Assembly: GCA_010909165.1 (NCBI GenBank)
Contig: MU008215.1
Location: 62,001 to 126,000, forward strand
Length of the DNA stretch: 64,000 bases
Direction of reading: 5' to 3'
Source of the DNA: Anthoceros angustus
Lineage: Eukaryota > Plantae > Anthocerotophyta
Positions 38,113-51,919 of this stretch are shown here, piece after piece (the first letter of the stretch is position 1; each line of letters begins with the position of its first letter). The position numbers and the translations under genes were made by a program. The notes beneath the pieces are model-generated. The model was not told where the DNA came from. It saw nothing but the letters and a program-made list of their open reading frames with translations, and ran no database searches.

Positions 38113-41100
38113 TGTGGGCGACTTTTGCTTGAAGCGCGCCACAATCCCGTGTCGTTGTAGTAAGGAGGTCCGTTCCCAAGAGAATGATAGGCTCCGTTGG
38201 CCACGTTTCAATCGTTTCTCACCTCGCGTATTACCCGTTTCAGACTCAACACACACATTCATCGTTTTACGACTTCTACCCGTAACGTTCACCGGATAGG
38301 CCCGGCGTGGCCAAACATTTAGGGACCCGTTCGCGTCCGTATCATTCAAGTTTGTCACTCGTCCCTCTGGTCCGTTCCTCTCACCATTCACACTTCACTC
38401 ATTATCCTTGGAGAAAATCGCGGGTGGCTGTGATGGGACCTCCTCTCGCTCTTGCCGAGCCTCTCCAGGCTCTACGCCCTTGGGTTCCTACGGCTCACGC
38501 GTTCGGTCCGTCCAAGCCTTTGGGTTGCTCGGGACGAGCAAGGGTCCAGTCGCCCTTCCTGCACACCACCACACGTTAGGGTCCGTCACGGGACCTTGAT
38601 GATCTCTCCCGGGTCGGGCACCTTTCGTGACTCGGGACTCACGCTAGAAGAAGGCACACAAGGGCTGCAGAGGGCATCAACACCAGAAGATACTTTACTA
38701 GGCGACCTCGGCCCTCTTATACTCGAGGTCGGCGTCTTTATTACACCTAATTACGATGGCGCTCGGTGCGCTTAATCGGCCGCCTACTATTCCCCTTATT
38801 CCACCTATCTCTGAGTCGGTGGTGGGGTGGGGTTGCCGGATTCGCCTTGGCGGCCAAGCCCTAGCCACGACAGCTGCACCAATCGGATGATCCGGGGCCC
38901 CTCTCCCGAGACTCTGTCGAGGCTGCGCTGGCGGCAGCGATCACCACTAAATCCTCCTCCCATCCTCTCTTATCTCATTTGGCGGGCCCTTGTCGGGCCC
39001 TCAAGAGATATGGTTACGTCGAGGCAGTGATTGGTGGCTCCGCTCCACAGTGCGGACCTTGAGGTCCGATCTCGACTCGAGTCAGGACCTCTAGGTCGGT
39101 CTTCTCTGAGTCGGACCTCCAGTCCGATCTTCTTCAGTCCGGACCTCGAGTCAGTCTTCTTCCGGTCCGGACCTCGGTCGGACTCCTGCAGGGTCTGCAG
39201 GTGACCCTTCTGGCGCCGGGACTGGTCGTCTAAATCACTGGAGTCTGGACCTCGGGTCGGACTTTCTTGAGGCGGACCTCGGGTCGGCCGTTCTTAGTCC
39301 GGACAAAGTCGACTCATGACTAGGTTCGCCCCTCGGCTAGGCTTATCAAGGCTCACTGAGCCCTCGTGGTTCCGGTTTCTGGATGTGCCCCTTCACGGCC
39401 TCCCGGGGCCCTCCTCCCTTCCTTTTGTGCGAAGGTGTGCTTACCTCGGCGGTGACCTTCCTGCGTCTGCTCCTCGGTGCTCCCCTTGCCGGCTACTTTG
39501 CTCGTCAAGCAGTAGCTCCTAAGGTCCCGTCTTGTCTTGTCCCGGGGCCTTCCTCCCTTGCTCCTCCTTGACCCGTCTGGAGTCAGCCCCACTGGGGTGG
39601 CGCAGACCTCTAGAGCCTTGGCTCTGCGTGGTAGTAGGCAAAGTCGGAATCGACTTGAATTGCCTCCTCCACATGGGCCGGGCACGGTACTCTCCTCCTC
39701 GGAGGTGCTCGGCGGTGGGCGTGTTGTCAGGCTTGGCGTCTCCGTCGCCCGGGCTTGCCAACTATGGGCGAGACTCCCTTGATGCCGCCAAGGCCTCAGG
39801 CACCTCTGCGGCCTTTGCTGCTTTGCACGATCTCCTCCTCCTTTCGTTGTAGCTCCACCGGTTTCTTGGCCATGGGTGAGCTCTCCCTTTCCTCCATAAT
39901 CGGACAAGCGGCCTCTGCTCCTCCTCCGGCTCTCCCTCCGTTCATCCTTGCAGTCGCCACTTCCTTCTCTCAGGCGGGCGGTATCTCCTCACTTCTCACA
40001 GCTTCCTCCGGCTCCTTCTTGACTGGCGGCGTCAACTCCTTGGATGCGCCTATTCTCCTCCGTCTTCAAGCGAGAGCGCTCTATCTCTGCTTTCGAAGTC
40101 TTGATTCTCCGTTGAGAATCGTGTTGCTCTCAAGCGCGTCTTGGAGTTGCGACTCGGGGTGTCCTTGCGCCTTCCGACTCTAGCTCTCTCTGCTTCCTGT
40201 GCACCACAGGTCCCTATTTCCGGGAGCTGGCCTCCATTTCTTCTTCATGGCTACGTGCTCCGTTCCACTGTTCGGCCTTTGGGTTGCGCGGCTACCCGTA
40301 GTCTCCCTCCACGGTTCCCATCACGTCGGTGGTCCGGTCGACCTTGGCGACAACCCCAGCCTCCGCCTTCACACGAGCCTCGGCGGCTTGGTGTTGGTCT
40401 GGCCGTGCCGCCTCGGCGGTCGCGGGCGTTCTCCGCGCGCCTCGACCCTCCGCCTCCTTACTGCGCTTCTCCGTTTGCAGGTCTTCACGCCCGTGCTTGG
40501 GCCTCCTGGCATGCGCTTCATGCCGGTGAAGGGTCTTAGTCGATCTTGCTGAACCGTCGGACCTCTCCGCTCCGCCTCCCAGCGTTTTCCCTCCTCGATT
40601 CGGGCGACTTCTTCTTCGCCTCACAGGCCGCCTCTACGCCCTTGGGCTCCACCATCCTCCCAGCGGGTGGCCTCCACTTCTTGGGTCTTCTCTCCATTTA
40701 TTGCGAGACCCCAAAGCATACGATCCATAGCGGTAGCTAGAACTGCCGCGTTCTTCACGGCCTTGTTGAGAGATGCCGGAAGTCGGCGTGGGCATCTCTG
40801 GTCCGTCAAGGACAGCCATCTTCTGCGATCCGGGGCTGGGCTCTCGGGACCTAATCGGGACCCTTAGGTCCACAGTCTTTGAGTCAGGGCCTCACCTTCC
40901 TTGGCCCTCTTGGCGCTAACTCCTTCTCCGCTTTTCCTCCACAGGGCTCGGAGGTGGTGAAGGGTCCAGGCCCTTTGCCTCTGTTGGGGCGAGGCGGCTT
41001 GAGTGGCTGCTGCAGTGGCCTCCGCTCCTTGGGCGCGTCCCTTTCCGCCCGCCCTCTGCCTCCTCACCCTTGCACACCCTCCGTTGGCAGGCAAAGGCGC

Positions 41101-42688
41101 CGTCTGAGGTCTTCCGTTGGTGGCGCCGTCTTCCGCCTCTTGGTTCCAGCAGCAGGTAGAATCGGGCCTCGTTGTCGTTGGTAGCCCGGGGCTGAACGCC
41201 AACTCAGATCTGTGGCGCCTCTTCTGGCGCTGCTTTCGGTGGGGGCACCGAGGAGAGAAGCGAGGATGTCCTCCCACACTTCCCTAGGTGGCGGGGTCGC
41301 TCGGGGCGTATGGAGTGGAGAATTCCCTCCCAGTCGTCCTCCTCCGGACCCTCTTACTCGGATGGCGGGCCTCCGCTTCTGCACTCTCCCTCGCCTCCCG
41401 GTGGGCGGCCCAGCCCTTCCTGCGACCTCACCCTCCTTGGGAGGTTGGCGTGCCACATGGATCAGCAGCGGCGATACTTGGCAAGCGGGTGGCTTCTGCA
41501 CCTCGACTGCGAGCTTCACGGTTGACCAGGCGAAGATTATTACGCCCGGTCGGTAGCGTTCCCCTTACGTAGGTTGTGGAGGAACACCAAATTGTCTCAA
41601 GGTGGTCCACCTTGGTGAGCATATTCGATGGGCGATAATCTTTGCCGGATACCCTCTGTCAAGAGGTCGACGCCGGCCACCCGTTGGAGGATCCTGCGTC
41701 CACGGCAAAAGTGCCATACAGCGCTTCCACCTTCCCCTTCACCTTGAGGGTTCGGTACCTCCTCCTACTTCCTCCGTGTGGGCCTCGGGACCCTCCGGTC
41801 CACCTCCTAGTCCTCCATGAGGTTCTTGGATCGGACCTCCTTGTTGGCACGCCAACATCTTGGCGTACTCCGGACTAGGTGGCCAGTTAGCCGAGAAGGT
41901 CCGAATGGAAAATGTCCGTACCATTCCTCCACCGGCTCCTCGCCTCCCTCCGGCCACGGGCGAAGTCGGGGGCGCTTGGTGGCGATGTTGCGCTCCACCT
42001 GGCGCCATGGCTCCCACACCTGCCGCTTTCTTGGGTCCCATCCCACACTCCTTACATTCATTGGGCGCGTGAGGCTCCACAATCTCTCGCTCCTCGGCCC
42101 GTCGTTGCTTCCCTCGCCAGTGCGCGGAAGGTGCAAGCGGTCGAAAGACACGCCCGAGGCGGGTGTCGTGGCGAGAAGTCTGAAGATCGCGCAAAGTTGT
42201 TTGGAAGAATGACCTCGCCTCGCTTCTCTCGTTGGAAAATGGCGGAAGCGGAAGCTCTTGTCCGAAATAGCCTCGAGCTGCATGGCTTACTCTACTTTTC
42301 GCTTCCGCTTACTCTGGCTCTGGCTGCAGCGTGCCGGGCGTGAATACACTGCGTGCCTGGCAACCCTCACGGTCTAGTGCTGCTTGCATTCCGTCTACCA
42401 CTCGGTAGTCGTGGCGCGCTCGCTAAATCACGCTCCAAATTCTAAGTTACTTTACTTGGCGTACTTATCCCGTTTGACCGGAGTGGGGTGGGACTTATCC
42501 GATACTCGGTGCGTAGTCGAGAGGTCTCCCGGAGTGGGCTCCGGGTTCACCTACCGGTCAGGAGTGCGATCCCGGGAGTATAGTCAGATGCAGGTCGATG
42601 CTTGTTTCTCCCTTTCCGCCTTATTTTACACTCCATACCTACAAAAAAAAAACAAACCCGGCTTATTATAACCCAAGGAGGCCACCCA
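38113..42688 (-). mobile_element. Family B solo LTR (~4.6 kb)
   Basis: TG...CA ends and TSD CTTGG (38108-38112) / TTTGG (42690-42694). The empty site GTCTTGG|TGC is seen in the duplicated unit at ~43785. The left terminus is shared with 57951 and with the reverse complement ending at 49320; the right terminus resembles the reverse complement starting at 55401. Confidence 0.78.
39420..42283 (-). pseudogene. Accessory ORF inside the family B LTR, frameshifted
   Basis: Peptide blocks are conserved with the 55808-56480 copy (MQ start, GMGPKKAA, LVREYAxKML, LKVKGKVEA). An E/R/A-rich coiled-coil-like C-terminal part is conserved with 46810-47800. Confidence 0.55.
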
Positions 42689-42694
42689 ATTTGG

Positions 42695-44790
42695 TGCTTT
42701 GTCTGCCATGAGACACCCACCAACCCTACCGGCTGGCTGGAAATCTCTTCCTCTTCCATTGGCTCCTCCGCAGCTGAGCCTTACGCATCCATTCATCTCC
42801 GGTCCACAGATCTCCGGGCTGGGGTTCATAATTCCTCAAATCTCCACAACCGTCGTCATGGGGACCCAGCCTTCCTTGTCAACAGGCATCTCCTAAGCGA
42901 ACTTGACACTGGCCATCAAGTGGACACATCTTATCCCTTGAGACCGTCTCATCAAATTCCTCAGGCCACTCCCTGAGGCTAACTTGCCATGAGCATCCCT
43001 CTCAAGCGTCACCTCACTCAAGCGAAGGCTGGGTGACATTTTGGTGCATCTCCTTCCATGCCTCCGGTATCCCTTGGTGCCAAGCATAGTCGGCTGGGCG
43101 TTGCTTCTGACGGTAACACGATGCATCATTTTCCTCCGGTAGGCCTCTTCCTTCCGCCGTTGGTAGACCTCGTTGCTTGCTTCATGGTCCTCCGCTCCTT
43201 ACTCCATGGCTGTCCTTCCTCCGACTCCTTGAGCTTGGCCTCAAGTCCTTCATTCTTGGCTTGGCGCTCGGCCTCCTCTGGGCGGTCTTCAGCACAGCCC
43301 CATTCATCCTTCGGCTGAAGTGAGAGTTCTTGCCACTCCTTCCCATGGACGGTCTCCTCAAATTTACGGTTGAGGGCACCACTTCCTTCATTCGCTCCCT
43401 ACTTTCTTGTCATTGCTCTTCAATGCAGCTAACCTCCTCTCTAGGTCAGCTAGGCCTTTGCTGCGCCATCTCCTTGATAGCCTTGCTATCCTTCTCCCAC
43501 CTTGTAGGGTAGTCGCTTGGTGTACATCGGCGGCTCTCACCTCCAACTCCTCTACTTCTTGTAAGGCTGCTTGACTAGTGGAGTATCAATTAGGCAGCGG
43601 ATGGTCAGTGATCGCTCAAGCCTTTGTCTTCTCATTCCCCTCTTGGGAATTCGACTCCAGCCCTTGCTTCTCTCGGTGTCTCGGCTGTGCATTGATGATG
43701 GAGCAGCCCCCTCTTGCGAGGCGCTCTTGTAGGCGGCCTCTCTGTAAACTGTCTTGTGTTGCTGATTACCTCAAGGTGGTTGGGTCTTGGTGCACATCCT
43801 GCTTGGACTTTTACCAACCCCTACCAGTGTTTGAGTCTCCTCCTCTTCCATTAGCTCCTCCCAAGCCCATACCAGCCATCCATTCGCTCTCCGGTCACCG
43901 GATCTCCAGGCGGGGTCACAATTCCTCAAAATCTCCTGTCGTCATCATGAGACCGGCTGTATCGTAAGGAGCGCATCTCCTTGGCGAACTTGTTGACCTG
44001 GCATGTAAGTGGACACCATCTCACGGCCCTTGAACCAAATCTCGTAAATTCCTCGGGCCATTCTCACGAGGCTAACACTACACAAAGCATCCCTCTCAAG
44101 CGTCACCTCACTCAAGCGAGGTATAGTGACATTTTTAGTGCATCTCCTTTATGCTCGGTATCATCCCTTTGCCGAGCATAGTTGCTTTGGGCGTTGCTTC
44201 TGACGACTACTGTCACGACACATCATTTTCCTCCGATTGGGTTCCTCTTACTTCCACGTTAATTGGTGACCTCGCTTGCTTGGTGGGCTCCTCCGTTCCT
44301 TGCTCCATGTGGCACGCCTTATCGCTCCTTGAGCTTGGTCTCCACTTCTTCATTCTTGGCTTGGTAGCTCTCGGCCTCACTTTGCCGAGTCTTCAATGTC
44401 CCCATTACATTCCCCTCTCACCAAGGGCTGAGTTCTTCTTCACTCCTTCCCATCGGACAATCTCTCAATTTTGATTGAGGTAGCCACTTCCTTCATTAAA
44501 CTCCCTCGTTCTTGTCTCAACCTCTGCTCTTCAATCTTACAGCCCCAACCTCCTCCGGGTCAACTAAGCGCCTTCACAGCGCCATCTCCTTGATAGCCTT
44601 GCTATCCTTCTCCCCACTGTAGGGCATCGCTTGGGCATCACTGACAGCTCTCACCTCCAACTCCTCTACCTCACAGGCGCCACTAGTGGAGTGTCAATTA
44701 GGCAGCGATAGTCGGAGATCCTTCAAAGTCTTAGTCTTCCTCATTTTCCCTCACGAGTCGACTCACGGCTGCCTTTCTCTCGGTGATCTC
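42695..44790. repeat. Tandem duplication (~1.1 kb) within the family C ORF; the first unit continues at ~37990-38112 across the solo LTR
   Basis: Examples: GCATCCCTCTCAAGCGTCACCTCACTCAAGCGA at ~42992 and ~44087; GCGCCATCTCCTTGATAGCCTTGCTATCC at ~43463 and ~44579. Confidence 0.88.
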
Positions 44791-45950
44791 CTCCTCCTAA
44801 TTGGATGTTGGGTGGGACTCTTGTGACTCATCTCTCACAGGGTGGAGTTAGTTCACCATCACTGCTCCATGGGGTTGCCTCTGTCAGTTGGTGAATGCCC
44901 GCCACCTCTTCCTTTATTATGTCTCCCCACAGACTGCAGACACCTCTTCTTCCCTGGCGTCAGACGCCGGCGTGGTCTCATCATCCAAGATCACCACCTG
45001 TGGTGAAGCACTCCCTTGCTCCACCTTGGGTTCCTCCTCTGCCTTCTTCACCTTCTTCGGGAGAGGGACCCCTGTACCATCCCTTAGAGGGACCACTTCG
45101 AACGGCTGGTAAGATTCCTCCAGCTCCTCTTTTGTAAGTAACCCATGTGCCGCCCACAACTGCACAAGATAAGTACTCAAATGGCTGTGCCTCGCTCCTT
45201 CATTGTCCACAATATTTGGCCTCAGCAGCTTGTCTCGGTGATGCTCATAGGCCGTAAGCATGGCTGTCCCCCAGTCAAGCTGAGCTCCTTGCTTCAACTT
45301 CCATGGAAAGAAAGAGCAGCTGTGAAGGTGGTTGTTGACGAGTCAGCCCCAATATTATCCTTGTAAAAAGCTTCCACTTGATGTTTGTAATCTTATACAT
45401 CCTCCGCCATTTTGGCGTCTTGCGTCCACCTCCAATGAGCATCTTTGAGAGCTTCCTCGGGAAGGTCGACCACCACTCTTTTCCATCTTCATTCCTCTCG
45501 TTAGAGCCACACCATCACTCTCGCTCTGGCCTCCCCCATACCTTGAATGTCTTTGGCCGGTCCATCCCTTCAAATCATCATACGTTCCTCTCCTCTATGT
45601 TCTCCGTTTCTCCCTCCGTCAGTTCAAGCTGCCTGTAGCAAGACTCGACCAACTCCACATTAGAATGGGCCCAGTGCCTATCATAAACCCACTGGAGCTG
45701 CACATTGTCGTCAGCAGCCCATTGTCGAAAGTCCCATAAGTCTCTGGAGGAGACTTGCACGCTGAAACATAAAAACCCTAGCCCCTCTCCTTGCTGCTGG
45801 ACGTCTTGCGCACTCCTCCAGGACTGTTGCGCGTCTTCGTCTCCAACTTCCGCCTGCTGGACAGTCTGATTTTCTCCTCCAAAATCCGGCTAAGTGTTTC
45901 TTCAGACCTATCTTTCGACAGACAGCCCCTGTCGCTCCGTCCTCCAATCC
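42695..45950 (-). pseudogene. Accessory ORF inside the family C LTR, frameshifted
   Basis: KQGAQLDWGTAMLTAYE...HLSTYLVQLWAAHGLL (44917-45297), followed by acidic/basic and coiled-coil-like segments. Confidence 0.6.
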
Positions 45951-45994
45951 TCCCGATCAACTCAAATGAGCCAATCACTCCCCGACTACTCACA

Positions 45995-46295
45995 TATATA
46001 GGGGGATGAGGGATTTTCCAAACCCCAAAGGCCAAGGACAAAATCTTCACTGTCCGAAGGCCAAGGACTTTTTCCCCGTTAGCAAACGTTAGAAATTCCC
46101 CAACCACCGAAGGCCAAGGAAGAATTTTCAGCTATGCACCGGTTTGCCAAAGGCCAAGGAAGAAAAATCGGCCAACATGCAAAGTCAATCCGCGTCATCA
46201 TGACCTAACTTCGCCACCGGCCCATCTTCGCTGTCCAAAACCCTCCGAGGAAGGCCGATTTCCTCCTCCGCGAGGGAGATTTTGCTATATATACA
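45995..46295. promoter_or_regulatory. Putative LTR promoter: two TATATA boxes bracketing 4x AAGGCCAAGGA
   Basis: TATATA at 45995 and ~46287; motif copies at 46028, 46057, 46110 and 46150. Confidence 0.5.
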
Positions 46296-46806
46296 TGCGC
46301 TCCCTCCTTGCTGTTGTTGCACCTCTCCTTCCTCTCGCCTTTGGTACCTTTTGCAGGCGTGTCTCCAGGGTTGTCACAGTTGCTCGCCTATCTCCAACTC
46401 GCGAAAAGCTCCCTTGCGCGTGCGTCCTCCAGCTGGAGTAGGGACTTACTCATTGCATGTTGATGCTGGTGGTGGGAAGTGACTGGCGCGCGCCCTAGGC
46501 CTGGCACCAACCCTCCCACAGGTTCGGTCTTGATGAACCTCCTCTCGTAAGTTTTCAAACCTCTGTCCGGACCTCCTCAGGACCTCAAATCCTTACTAGC
46601 CGTTGGACTGTTTTAGGTCCGTTTTCCTCCAGAGCCACGTCCGTCGGTGCTTTATCATCCCCCCTTCTCCGCGGCCACTCTTCGTTGCCCATCTTCCGTC
46701 GGTAATCTCTTGATGAGAAAAAGAAAAAGAAAAATGAAACCTAACTAATAGCGAGGAGGAGGCATCCTCTCTCTTCTAACCGTGGACCCAAAATTGACGT
46801 TCCACA

Positions 46807-49320
46807 TGAGGCAGGATCCTTTAGGCATGTGAGCGGCTGCAGGAGGCACAAGCCGAGGCGGAGGACCTGCGGACGGAGAAGTGTGGCCCAAGGAGGCGGA
46901 GGAGGCCCAGTGAGGAAAGGACAGGACTGGCCGAGGCTCGGCGAGAGCAACACCAAGCACAGGAGGCCCGGTGAAAGCGCGGGAGGCGGGGGCTGCGCGA
47001 GCAGAGACCACTACTAGCGGGACGAGGCAGGTGGAGGCAGTGAGGGGTGGCCTGACCAACTGAAGGCGGCGGTAGCGGAGCAAGCATGGGCAGGTATGTG
47101 AAGAAGAGGAAAGCACACGGGAGATGGAAGATCTCGGACACTGATTGCAAGGGGACGGAGGCGGCCTCGAGGCTGGAGGAGGCCGTAAGGAGACCACAGG
47201 CTACAACTCCGGTAGTGATGGAGCGAGGGGACCTCCAAGGGAGAATCGAGGACCACGAAGGGAGATACGTGGCTCCATCTCTGTTGGAGGTGGAGGAAGG
47301 TCGGGCGAACCCGGGAAGCGGGACATCACCGGAGAGAGACCTAGAGGCGAGGAGCTGGCGGAGCTCTTGGGACGCTGAAAGGGAGATTAGGGCCCTTTAG
47401 GCAAGGATGGATGCCGGGAGAGGTTCGAGAGAGGAGGCGCTGTCTGCAGTTGCGGAAGCGAGAAGGGGCGTGCGCCATGGCGGTAAGTTGGGGACTACGA
47501 TCGGTGGCGGAGGAGGAGCACGGAGCAACAACGAGGCTGCGAGGAAGTAGCGGAGGCTTGGCGGCCTCGAGACTCCAGACTCAAGCGGGTCTTGCGGACG
47601 GCAATGAGCCAGTGGCCAACGCTCAACTACGGAGCACCTGAGGAGGGAATGGTGCTCGGCTCATGGAGGAGGCCATTCAACAAGTCGATTCGGACTTTGC
47701 CTACCTCCGGAGGGAATACCGGGTGCTGGGCTCATGTGGAGGCCATTCAACAAATCGATTCGGACTTTGCCTACTACCACTCGGGGCTCTTAAGGCACCG
47801 GAGGTCCCCACCCACAGCAGTTAGCGGACCCGGACGGATCGGAGGAGGTCGGGATGAAGGCCCGGGATAGTGGCCACCGGACCTGGGAGCGCTATTCGGA
47901 GATGAGAGCGTGAGAGGGAACATCGGGAGGAGGCGGATACGGTGGTCCCCACGGACATGAGGTAAGTCCGGCCGCACCCCACGAAGGGAGGAGGAGGCCC
48001 GAGGGAGAAGGAGAAGCCCAAGGGACCCAAGACAGGGGGGTCCGGTGGGCGAGGACGGACCCGAGTGCTCAGGTGGGATGTTGAGACCGAGTCCGACGAG
48101 GTCCGAACTCCGAGAGGCGAGGCCGGACCACAGTCCGGACTCGGGACGAGACCGGACCAGGTCCGGACTCCCCGACAGGCCGGACTAAGGTCTTGACTCG
48201 GGAGATCGACCGAGGTCCGGACTCGGCGAGGCGGACCCAGGGTCCGGACTCGGAGATGACCGGACCTAAGGTCTTGACTCCGGGAGTCGAGGCTGGACCT
48301 CGAGGTCCGGACTCGGCGAGGCCGGACCCGAGGACCGGACTCGGGAGGAGGAAAGGGAGAGAGGATCACCACGCCTACAGTGTGCCTCACAGTGGACCTG
48401 CAGGTAGGGACCCACCGGTGAGTTAAGAGGGGAGAGGAGGAGGACTTGGTGGTCATCGCGTCGCCGCCGCCACGGTAGCTCAACCCGGCGGGGTCTCGGG
48501 AAGGGAAGGGGCCCGCATCGCGGATCATCCGATTGCGCGCCCAAGACTAGGGATTGGGCCACCAGCGCCAGGGCGGAATCATGGGCACTCCACCACGCCG
48601 ACATAGATAGGGTGGCTAAGGGAATAGTGGGCGGAAGGTTAGACAATCGAGCTGGACATCATTAATAGGAGTGTAATAAAGACGCCGCCTTGGGGCGTAG
48701 TATAAGAGGCGTTGCTCTAGTAAAGCATCTTTCTTTTGGGGTGGATTCCACGTTCTTCAGTAGACCAGTGTGTCCTTTGCTAACGCAAGTCCTCGAGTCA
48801 CCGAAGGCAAGAGGAGAGATTGATCAAGGTCCCGTGATGAGACCCTAACGTGTGGTGGTGTGTGGGGCGAACGACTAGAGACCCTTGCTCTTCCGAGGCG
48901 GTGACGCCGACCTGACCGGAACGCTGCGAGACCAATGGAACTCGGGAGGGTGTGTAGAGCCGGACGGAGAGGCTGGAACATGCGGAGAGGTCCGACCACG
49001 CAACCCACCCACTCTTCCTAACCGGTGATGAGCATAGTGAGAGTGGTAAGGAAGACGAACTAGACGAAACGTAGGACGGACTGGTAGGATACGGACGTGA
49101 ACGAGTCCTTAAACGTTTGGCCACGCCGGGCCTGTTCGCTGGACGCTTAAGAGTAGTTAATAGTAAACCGTGAGCGCGTTGAGAACTTGGGTAGAAACGG
49201 CCACGACGATGAGGCGAGAATCGGTTTGAGACGCGCAAAACGGAAACAATCATTCTCTTGGGAACGGACCCCTTACTACAACGACACGGATCGCGGCGTA
49301 CCGTCCAAAGTCGCGTCACA
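46807..49320 (+). mobile_element. Family B LTR, 3' part (truncated on the left by family C)
   Basis: Diverged reverse complement of ~38113-40530. Ends ...AAAGTCGCGTCACA and carries a GTCCGGACTC motif array at 48050-48345. Confidence 0.78.
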
Positions 49321-51919
49321 CATGCTCGAAGGAAAGTCCGGAGTAATGTTGACAAGATCTTTTCAAGTGGGAGGCTTGTGAATTGCCTAGGCAAAAACAT
49401 GTGGCGGTATGAGCAAGAAGAGCAAAGGGAAAAATCAAGACATGAAGCGAAGGAAGGGTATTTGTGGTTCCAAAGATCGGTCCCAATCAACAACCTTGCC
49501 TTTGCTTGTGAAATTGTTTTCTAAGTGTCCCCAATCATGCATTTAAGAGCGATCGAGAAGTTTGCCTCACTCCTTGAGCAATAGAAAGAGGAGGGATCAC
49601 ATTTTTCCTTATGTCCTGCTTGATCTTTGAGAAGAAGAATTTCTTGGTCACCCTCAATAGCTCAAGCGCACCTTAGCCCATTTAAACCAGCCTAGGGCCG
49701 TTTCTCCTCAAAGCTCTACCAAGTCTAGCTTCCAGGGATGCATCAACTCTTGAAAAGGTTCAATTTCGGGGCCTGGAAAGCAAGCCTAGGTCTCAAGTCC
49801 TTTTGAACTTTGCATTTCTCTTGCATAACTCCACTCCCAACTTACGCAGAAAGATAGTGGAATTGTAGAGGCCTTGACAAATTGCTCAAGATCCTATAAA
49901 TCCGGTAAGACGATGCTTGTTGTATGCAACTTATGTTACATATATTGCCGTTATGCCATGAATAAGTTTAAGCTAGTTAGGGTTCTTGCGTTACATATGT
50001 TAGGGTTACTTGTTTGAAGAGAACAAAGTGAACACAATTTTGTATTATTTATTATTCTAAGTTTCTTTGAGCACTTGGAAGGGGTTAGAAGACATCATGT
50101 TGCCAACCGAATGGCTCATTTATTAATTTTTAAAATTATTTTTATTATATAATTCCCTTCAAGAATAGATGGTGTTCTCCAAAGATTTGAGCTCTTACAA
50201 ATCTCCATACCAGCGAGTTCGTCTCATGAAACCGATTCCATCGGCGTGATTTTTGGGTTATTCTCAAATGTAATGGCATCCGTTTCTTGAAGGGTTGGTG
50301 TGTTTTCAAAAAGATTCTTTCATATTTTGATAGGATATAATTTTTAATATTATTTAATTTTATTAAATAAGATAAAGCGCGGAATTCCCCCGAAAGGCAA
50401 CCTTAACATGAATTCTTGCAAACCCATTTTTTCTCAAGGAAGAAATAAAAGGAGGGACAATGTCTTGAATCGAGATCCGGTATTGTTTAGAGGTTAAATA
50501 TACTTAATAATAATATTATTAGGGTTTGGATACATTTATTAACATAAGATATTATATAGTTTAGAGGTTAAGAAAAATAGGATGATTTATTGAGGTGAAA
50601 GAACGATGAAAGAGACCATCTAGGAGGGACAACAAATAGGAGGTTAAGAAAAGTATATACATTATTACTGTAAGATAGTATCCATTACGGTTCAGGGTTT
50701 AGAGTTAAGGGTTGAGGGTTTACAGGATACCGGAAAGAAACTTGGCAAAAAACCGTGCGACTAAAGCAAGGAGTAAAAGGGAGAATCTGAAAGAGAGATG
50801 GAAAACTGAAAACTCCTCGAGAGCAACAGCGGCGGCTGCTAAACATTGCCGGCCTGCTTCACCTGCCGAGTCTCCAGGCGGATGCTGCGCCCGGAGCCTG
50901 TCAGTCTGACTCTAAGCCTCCAGCCCTAGAGTGTTAACCCTAAACTCTAGATCTAAACCCTTCAACCCGAAACCCTTTCACCCCACCTTCTCTCGCTCAC
51001 CGTCTCTCCCTCTTACGGAGAGTCCTCTCACGTTCGCAGAACGGCCCCAATGCCAATGCAGGCTTCCACGTGTCACAGTAAACAGCCAATTCCATGGCTA
51101 CTCCCAAGTCCATTCCCATTCTTAGCGCCCGTTGATGAGTGCTTTCCAAATAGTATTAAATCCGGTTCCGGTCGACGTTGTGATGCAAATGAGAATGGAT
51201 CGCATGAATCGTCTGAAGTTGCAGACAGTTTGTACCTACTACACCGTGAAAGGAAGCGTGAATTTGCATCCTTCGAAACCATGACGTGCGTTCCTTTTGT
51301 AGGTAACCAATGCAGAACAGGCTGCTCATCCCTTCAGGGTGGTCTGGTCATACACAGCACCGGGGATCCTGCCATAGCCTTTGTTAAAGTCATCTTCCGA
51401 CGAGGGTCGACGGTCCTTGAAGGATGGCCGCAGTATGGCAACCGGAGCCGTTGTGGAGCCAACAAATTGGAGCGTGTTCAGTGATCCTTATAGGAACTCC
51501 GGCTCTCCTCACCTCAAGGAGTGCTCCTGGCAAACGACAAAGCCTCCAGGTGCGGCAGCGTAAGGAGCCCAGCACTTCCACTTCCGAGAAAATGTGTGGT
51601 GGGGACGGCATTTCCGACGATGCTCGTCGCCAGGAGCAGGAGCACTTGTGGCAACAATTTTTCTGGACCCTACCTGTGGTGGGACAACAGACGAGATAAG
51701 AAGAGCTCCCGTTCCCCTGACTTCCGGCGTAAGGGGTCCGGCGAGGTGCTGTGGTTAAACAACATGTTCAAGCCAGCTTGGGTTGATGAGCAGCTCGTTT
51801 CATTGGACATTCAGATGGGTCATGGTGCTCTCCTTCCAAGTCCAGCTCTCCAGTTAATCCTGAACCTGGCAGGCGTCAGGATCGGAAATGGGTGTCGTTA
51901 CGGCTGTAACCGTGATCGT

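Larger units (their letters stand above)
37190..46806 (-). mobile_element. Family C long LTR (left end not seen), containing an ORF, a 1.1 kb duplication and a nested family B solo LTR
   Basis: Ends in TTCCACA (46800-46806) after an A-rich tract, as family A does. TATATA at 45995 is preceded on the minus strand by 4x AAGGCCAAGGA. Its ORF shares a motif with the family A LTR ORF. Family B sequence starts abruptly at 46807. Confidence 0.6.

Noticed and set aside
38136-38150. PBS (TGGCGC on the minus strand) next to family B
   Set aside because: Three copies share ~25 bp further out to a TGTG terminus, so the motif lies inside the LTR.
50690-50980. Telomere-like or telo-box repeats and a short inverted repeat upstream of the PPR gene
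   Set aside because: Only scattered, degenerate AACCCT/AGGGTT words; too weak to call.
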